Shown: one piece after another, positions 60,143 through 64,000 of the stretch
Layout of the letters: each line of letters starts with the position of its first letter
Position numbering within the stretch: the first letter of the stretch is position 1
Origin: Nitrosopumilaceae archaeon
GTDB lineage: Archaea > Thermoproteota > Nitrososphaeria > Nitrososphaerales > Nitrosopumilaceae
Reading direction: 5' to 3'
DNA length: 64,000 nucleotides
Assembly (NCBI GenBank): GCA_965203465.1
Contig: CBDBCR010000001.1
Span: 864,001-928,000, forward strand
Notes under the pieces: generated by a model
Databases searched by the model: none
Told to the model about the DNA's origin: nothing
The model's input: only the letters and a program-made list of their open reading frames with translations
Program-made: the position numbers and the translations under genes

Positions 60143-60905
60143 CGCGCACCGTTATCACGTCCTCCAGCGATTCAAGCATCGAGTAATGCCGAAGTGGATC
60201 GGGCGACGCGTCCAGCGCGCTCCTCTTCACGCTGATGAATGCGCCGTCGGGCACGCGGGTGCCGTCGCGCAGCCTGCACTCGGTCTCGCCCGCGTAGGCC
60301 AGGTGCTTGCGGCTGTCTATCTTTTCGTCCACCGACGGAACCGACCAAGGCACGGCCGTATACGCCGCAGGCCGGAGCGCGCGGCGGATCTCGCCGTCGA
60401 CGGGCACCGTGACCGACGCCGGGCGCCCGCCAGAGTACACGTTGAACCACATGCTGAACGGCTTGTATCTGCGGCTCCCGCCGCCCGCCTCCGTCCTGCT
60501 TTTGAACGTGCCGTCCAGGTAGCTTGGCAGCTCGGCCAAGTCCATCCAGCGGTATATCGTTCCGGCCCTGGAGACCTCGTGGGCGAGGGCTTCGGTGAAC
60601 TCGCGCGCCCGGCTCTCCATGTACAGCGTGTGGCGGTACGCGAGCAGATCGTGAATTTTGAGCCAGTCAAGGTATATCTTGTCTGCGAGGCCCCAGTCCT
60701 TGGCACCGGCCGCCCGGGCGTACGCCTTGGATTCCGGGCTTCCCTCGCCCAAGACCGCGTAGGGGTCCGTTTCCAGCATATTGGCCATGTAGACCATGGT
60801 GCTGGCTGCGTGGACAAGTCCATATTCGATCAGCTTGGCAAACTCGCGGCGCGCCCGATCCCGCACGCTGCGATCCAGCACGTGGCCCGGGCATATTGAC
60901 GACAT
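60135..60905 (-). CDS. Hypothetical protein with a possible R-S-E ADP-ribosyltransferase domain
   Basis: IYRWM...EL, PFS, GETECR in ART-like order. Confidence 0.55.
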   Translation of the reverse strand: MSSICPGHVLDRSVRDRARREFAKLIEYGLVHAASTMVYMANMLETDPYAVLGEGSPESKAYARAAGAKDWGLADKIYLDWLKIHDLLAYRHTLYMESRAREFTEALAHEVSRAGTIYRWMDLAELPSYLDGTFKSRTEAGGGSRRYKPFSMWFNVYSGGRPASVTVPVDGEIRRALRPAAYTAVPWSVPSVDEKIDSRKHLAYAGETECRLRDGTRVPDGAFISVKRSALDASPDPLRHYSMLESLEDVITVRVI

Positions 60906-61039
60906 GTCTCCGGGCCGCTCAGGCTAGGTTAAAAGCCAATCGAACATTTTACCGTACAGTACCGTTGATTTATTGTATAATACGGCAATTTGCTGCATTG
61001 CGGGTCGATGGACCGGCGCCCGGGGCAGCTTTCAACTTC

Positions 61040-61097
61040 CGGTCAACCGAAAAGTCGCGCCGGCGGGCAGTCGGTTTTCGATCGCAGATTCGGCGGC
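61040..61097 (-). repeat. Dispersed element copy 8 (3' part only)
   Basis: Reverse complement reads TGCGATCGAAAACCGACTGCCCGCCGGCGCGACTTTTCGGTTGACCG. Confidence 0.8.
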
Positions 61098-61103
61098 GGC
61101 CAG

Positions 61104-61196
61104 ACGACGCCCACCAGGTGCACCACCTGCGGGTGCGAACTGGAGCTTTCCGCGGATCCGGACGACGAGGATCTCTACTGGATAGTGGAAGTCTAA
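61104..61196 (+). pseudogene. 3' relic paralogous to the zinc-ribbon gene 58295..58495
   Basis: CTTCGCELELSADPDDEDLYWIVEV* versus CRDCGFMLELAQGNDKNKYWINEI*. Confidence 0.55.
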
Positions 61197-61318
61197 AGCA
61201 CGACCGGGGGCACGGATCGCCCCGCCAAAAGCAGGAGGGCGCCCTTTCCGTCCATCCGCCGCCTTGCCCTCTATGTCGTCATGGCGCGGGCAGCAGGCGC
61301 GTTGAGCTCGGCGGAGGG

Positions 61319-61657
61319 CTAGGCGCGGCCGCCGACCTTTTTCCTGGCCTTGCGAACGGCTTGGTCCAGGTTGGACAGCATCGTGGCGGTGACGTACCTT
61401 TCAAGGCCCTCGACCCGCGACGAGGAAACGTCCGCCTCGTAGTAGAACGCGTGCCTGACTTTTCTGCGCTTTACGATCTTGTCCTCGACTAGCACCTTTA
61501 GGGCGCGCTGGAGCGTGCGCGGCCGGACCCCTGCCAGCTCGGATATCTCGTCCTCGCTGTATTTGAGGCCGGTGTTGCATACGAGCAGATCCAGCACCCG
61601 CGCGGTGGGGGTGTTGAACAGGCGCCCGAACGGCAGGTGCGCCGCCTCTGTGCTCAT
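61319..61657 (-). CDS. Winged-helix (ArsR-like) regulator
   Basis: ARVLDLL...EISELAGV...TLQRALKVL....IV...KV....YY. Confidence 0.85.
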   Translation of the reverse strand: MSTEAAHLPFGRLFNTPTARVLDLLVCNTGLKYSEDEISELAGVRPRTLQRALKVLVEDKIVKRRKVRHAFYYEADVSSSRVEGLERYVTATMLSNLDQAVRKARKKVGGRA

Positions 61658-62004
61658 GTCCGTGTATCCAACACGGCGCTATTTATCATGTTGCCAAACG
61701 CGGCGACGCCATTTCCACGCGACGCGGCCCCGGTGCGAGCACCGTCCTGGTCGGCGAGCCCCGCCTCGTCCGCCATGCCAAAAGTCCCCGAATCCGCCTG
61801 CGATGGGGGCGGACGAGCGTGACGCTCGGACCGCCCCTCCGGCATTCGACGCACCCGCGGGACTGCGGACTCACCGTAGGCGCGCAGCGCCGGTCAGTGC
61901 CGGGCGCGGGCCGAACAGCCGGGCTCAGTCAGGTATATACGCAGGACGGGCGCCGGCATCTAAGGGGATGAGACAGGCTGAGTGAACAGGCCGTTGCAGA
62001 CAGA

Positions 62005-62373
62005 ATGTCCGCGTTGGAGAAAAAGGTGGAACGCCAGGGGGACGCCATCGAGGAGCTGAAACTCCGGCTCAACCCGGGATCCCCTGAGCGCCTGGACGAC
62101 GTTGTCCGGCACATGGAAAGCGCGTTCGGGGAACTGGATCACGTGGTCCAAGTCCATTACGACGTGCAGCAGGACGGAACGTGGCGCGTAGTAGTAGTGC
62201 ACGTTCTCGAAGACAAGGGCGAGGCGCTGCTGGCAGTCTGCAACAAATCGATCGAAATCCAGGACGCGTTGCGTGGCGTGGAGATTGAGACTCTGGTGCT
62301 GCACGAGGACGAGGTACTCGACGAGCACCTTGCCGGCACCAAGCCGGTCTTCTCAAGGGCGGATCAGAAATGA
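62005..62373 (+). CDS. Hypothetical protein related to 24020..24487
   Basis: N-terminal coiled coil then RVVVVH...GEA. Confidence 0.65.
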   Translation: MSALEKKVERQGDAIEELKLRLNPGSPERLDDVVRHMESAFGELDHVVQVHYDVQQDGTWRVVVVHVLEDKGEALLAVCNKSIEIQDALRGVEIETLVLHEDEVLDEHLAGTKPVFSRADQK

Positions 62374-62985
62374 GCTGGCAAAGCGCAGGCGCTACCGGCC
62401 GGGGTTCATCTGGGGTTTGCGCGTGGATCGGAAATTCTGCATCCTGCCCGCGCATCTTTTGTTAGATCTGCGCCGGGTTCGCGGGCGGGCGCGCAACCGA
62501 CCTCTAGAGGGCGCTGATTGACACGGTCGGCTTTTCAGAGCCCCAAGACATGGACCTCGACGCGACGGCAAGACCGCGCGGGACGGAACCGGCCGCGCCG
62601 GCCTTTCGGGCTGACAGGCAACAGATATAGCCCGCTTCCGGACAACGGCCGCCGATGACAATCAGGCGCGTAAGCCCCCTAAATCACGAGGACTGGGTGG
62701 CGCTGGTCGAGAAATTCAAAAAGGCCCGTCTCCGGAACAGGCAAGGGCGGTCCGAGAGGCGCTGGAAAAGACAAAGCACTTGAAGGTTCCCGGCGTGGAT
62801 TAATGCCGGGCTTGGCGGCCGCGCCAAGGGGCGGTACCAGTTGACGGACGGCGGTTTTTACAGACGGCGCGGATCCGGGTTTTACGGGAAACGCGGATTC
62901 GGGAACGGACGCCGATCTCTCTGGCGCGTCGTGCGGAGCGGGCAGAACGCGCCACTAAAATACGCGCGCGCCGCCCGGCGCGGGC

Positions 62986-63804
62986 ATGGCGGAAGGCTCG
63001 TCAATAGAGTGGACCGAGGCCACATGGAACCCGACCACGGGCTGCACCAAGATCTCGGCGGGGTGCAAAAACTGCTACGCGGAAAAGCTCTCCAAGAGGC
63101 TCCGGGCCATGGGGATAGCAAAGTACGAAAACGAGTTTGCGTTCACAGAGCACGGCGGCGAGGCGGAGCTTCCGCTCAGGTGGAAAAAGCCGCGCAGGAT
63201 ATTCGTCAACAGCATGTCCGACCTGTTCCACGAGGAGTCCAGGATGGAGTTTGTGGCAAGCTGCTTCGAGACCATGGTCAGGGCGGACTGGCACACCTAC
63301 CAGATACTCACAAAGCGCCCCGAAAAGATGGCCCGCTTCGCGGAGCTGTTTTACAGGTACTTCGGGCGTCCGATCCCGGGCCACATATGGATGGGTGTCA
63401 GCGTAGAGGACAACAGGGCGGCGCGCAGGATAGACGCGCTCAGGAAGGTCAGGTGCGGCGTGCGGTTCGTCAGCTTTGAGCCCCTCTTGGAGAACATGGA
63501 CGAGGCAGACCTGTCGGATATAGACTGGGCCATAATCGGGGGCGAGAGCGGCCCCGGCCACCGAAGGGTGGAGAAAAAGTGGATAAAGGATCTGATCGCG
63601 CAGTGCAAAAGGCAGAAGGTAAAGGTGTTCTTCAAGCAGTGGGGCGGGCCCAGGCCAAAGTCGGGCGGGCGCACCATCGACGGCAGGACGTACAGCGAGT
63701 ACCCAAAGGCGCCCAAGACGGGCATGCAAGAGATGCCCGGATTCGAAAAAGGGCGGTTCGCCCGGAGGCTGTCCGGCGGGCCCAAGATCCCGCCCCGGCG
63801 CTAG
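62986..63804 (+). CDS. DUF5131 (phage Gp37/Gp68) three-Cys radical-SAM-like protein
   Basis: IEWTEATWNPTTGCTKISAGCKNCYA, FVNSMSDLFH, LTKRP, SFEPLL, GGESG, FFKQWG. Confidence 0.95.
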   Translation: MAEGSSIEWTEATWNPTTGCTKISAGCKNCYAEKLSKRLRAMGIAKYENEFAFTEHGGEAELPLRWKKPRRIFVNSMSDLFHEESRMEFVASCFETMVRADWHTYQILTKRPEKMARFAELFYRYFGRPIPGHIWMGVSVEDNRAARRIDALRKVRCGVRFVSFEPLLENMDEADLSDIDWAIIGGESGPGHRRVEKKWIKDLIAQCKRQKVKVFFKQWGGPRPKSGGRTIDGRTYSEYPKAPKTGMQEMPGFEKGRFARRLSGGPKIPPRR

Positions 63805-63830
63805 CCGCTTCGGCTGCCGGAGCCGGAGAA

Positions 63831-63902
63831 TGGACCGGGGGGGAATTGAACCCCCGACCTCCGCGTTGCGAACGCGGCATCATACCCCTAAACCACCGGC
63901 CC
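63831..63902 (-). tRNA. tRNA-Ala (anticodon CGC)
   Basis: Cloverleaf GGGCCGG.../CCGGTCC-A with G3:U70; anticodon arm CCGCG-TTCGCAA-CGCGG; T-loop TTCAATT; no encoded CCA. Confidence 0.96.
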
Positions 63903-64000
63903 TCGCGGGGCGCCCCGAACCTCCGCTTTTAATTGTAAGGCTACATATTTGCCCGGCGCGGGGCGGGGCCGGACCCGTAGCACAGCATGGACAGTGCGGG

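Noticed and set aside
61008-61016. ATGGACCGG as an att duplicate of the tRNA-Ala 3' end
   Set aside because: Only 9 nt in GC-rich DNA and no integrase nearby; compatible with chance.
23341-61097. Dispersed element as a canonical integron attC
   Set aside because: No RYYYAAC/GTTRRRY pair or end-to-end palindrome, and no intI in the window; kept only as a non-canonical hypothesis.
1-64000. CRISPR array or cas genes
   Set aside because: No regularly spaced identical repeats and no cas motifs; the dispersed element is irregularly spaced and diverged.

Overview
High-GC archaeal sequence. The gene content (CofE, 2-oxoacid:ferredoxin oxidoreductase, TruD, Vgb-like lyase, small conserved proteins, TATA-type promoters) points to Nitrososphaerota, Nitrosopumilaceae/Cenarchaeum-like; this is recognised from memory, not from a search. 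About 1-17 kb is mostly housekeeping, with an accessory insert at 8.5-13.1 kb. About 17-63.8 kb is an accessory/defence island ending at the 3' end of tRNA-Ala(CGC). The island mixes a broken-up nucleotide-sugar cluster with defence-type genes: a Ubl + Cys-less E2 + JAB-E1 operon (Bub-like), an AlbA_2-STAND (Avs-like) protein, a KAP NTPase, AbiJ-HEPN, a SIR2-like gene with an in-frame TGA, a GNAT TA pair, three DUF5677-like paralogs, DUF488, DUF5131 and an Argonaute relic. It also holds IS elements of the IS66, IS110, IS5 and IS481/IS1202-like families, including a resolvable nested insertion. The main unexplained signal is a dispersed ~60-135 bp non-coding element in at least 8 copies. It carries a subterminal hairpin and a sharp CTTTTGGGTTRAC end, and every copy points into the 5' end of an accessory gene or gene relic. 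All family names are from motif recognition and need HMM confirmation.
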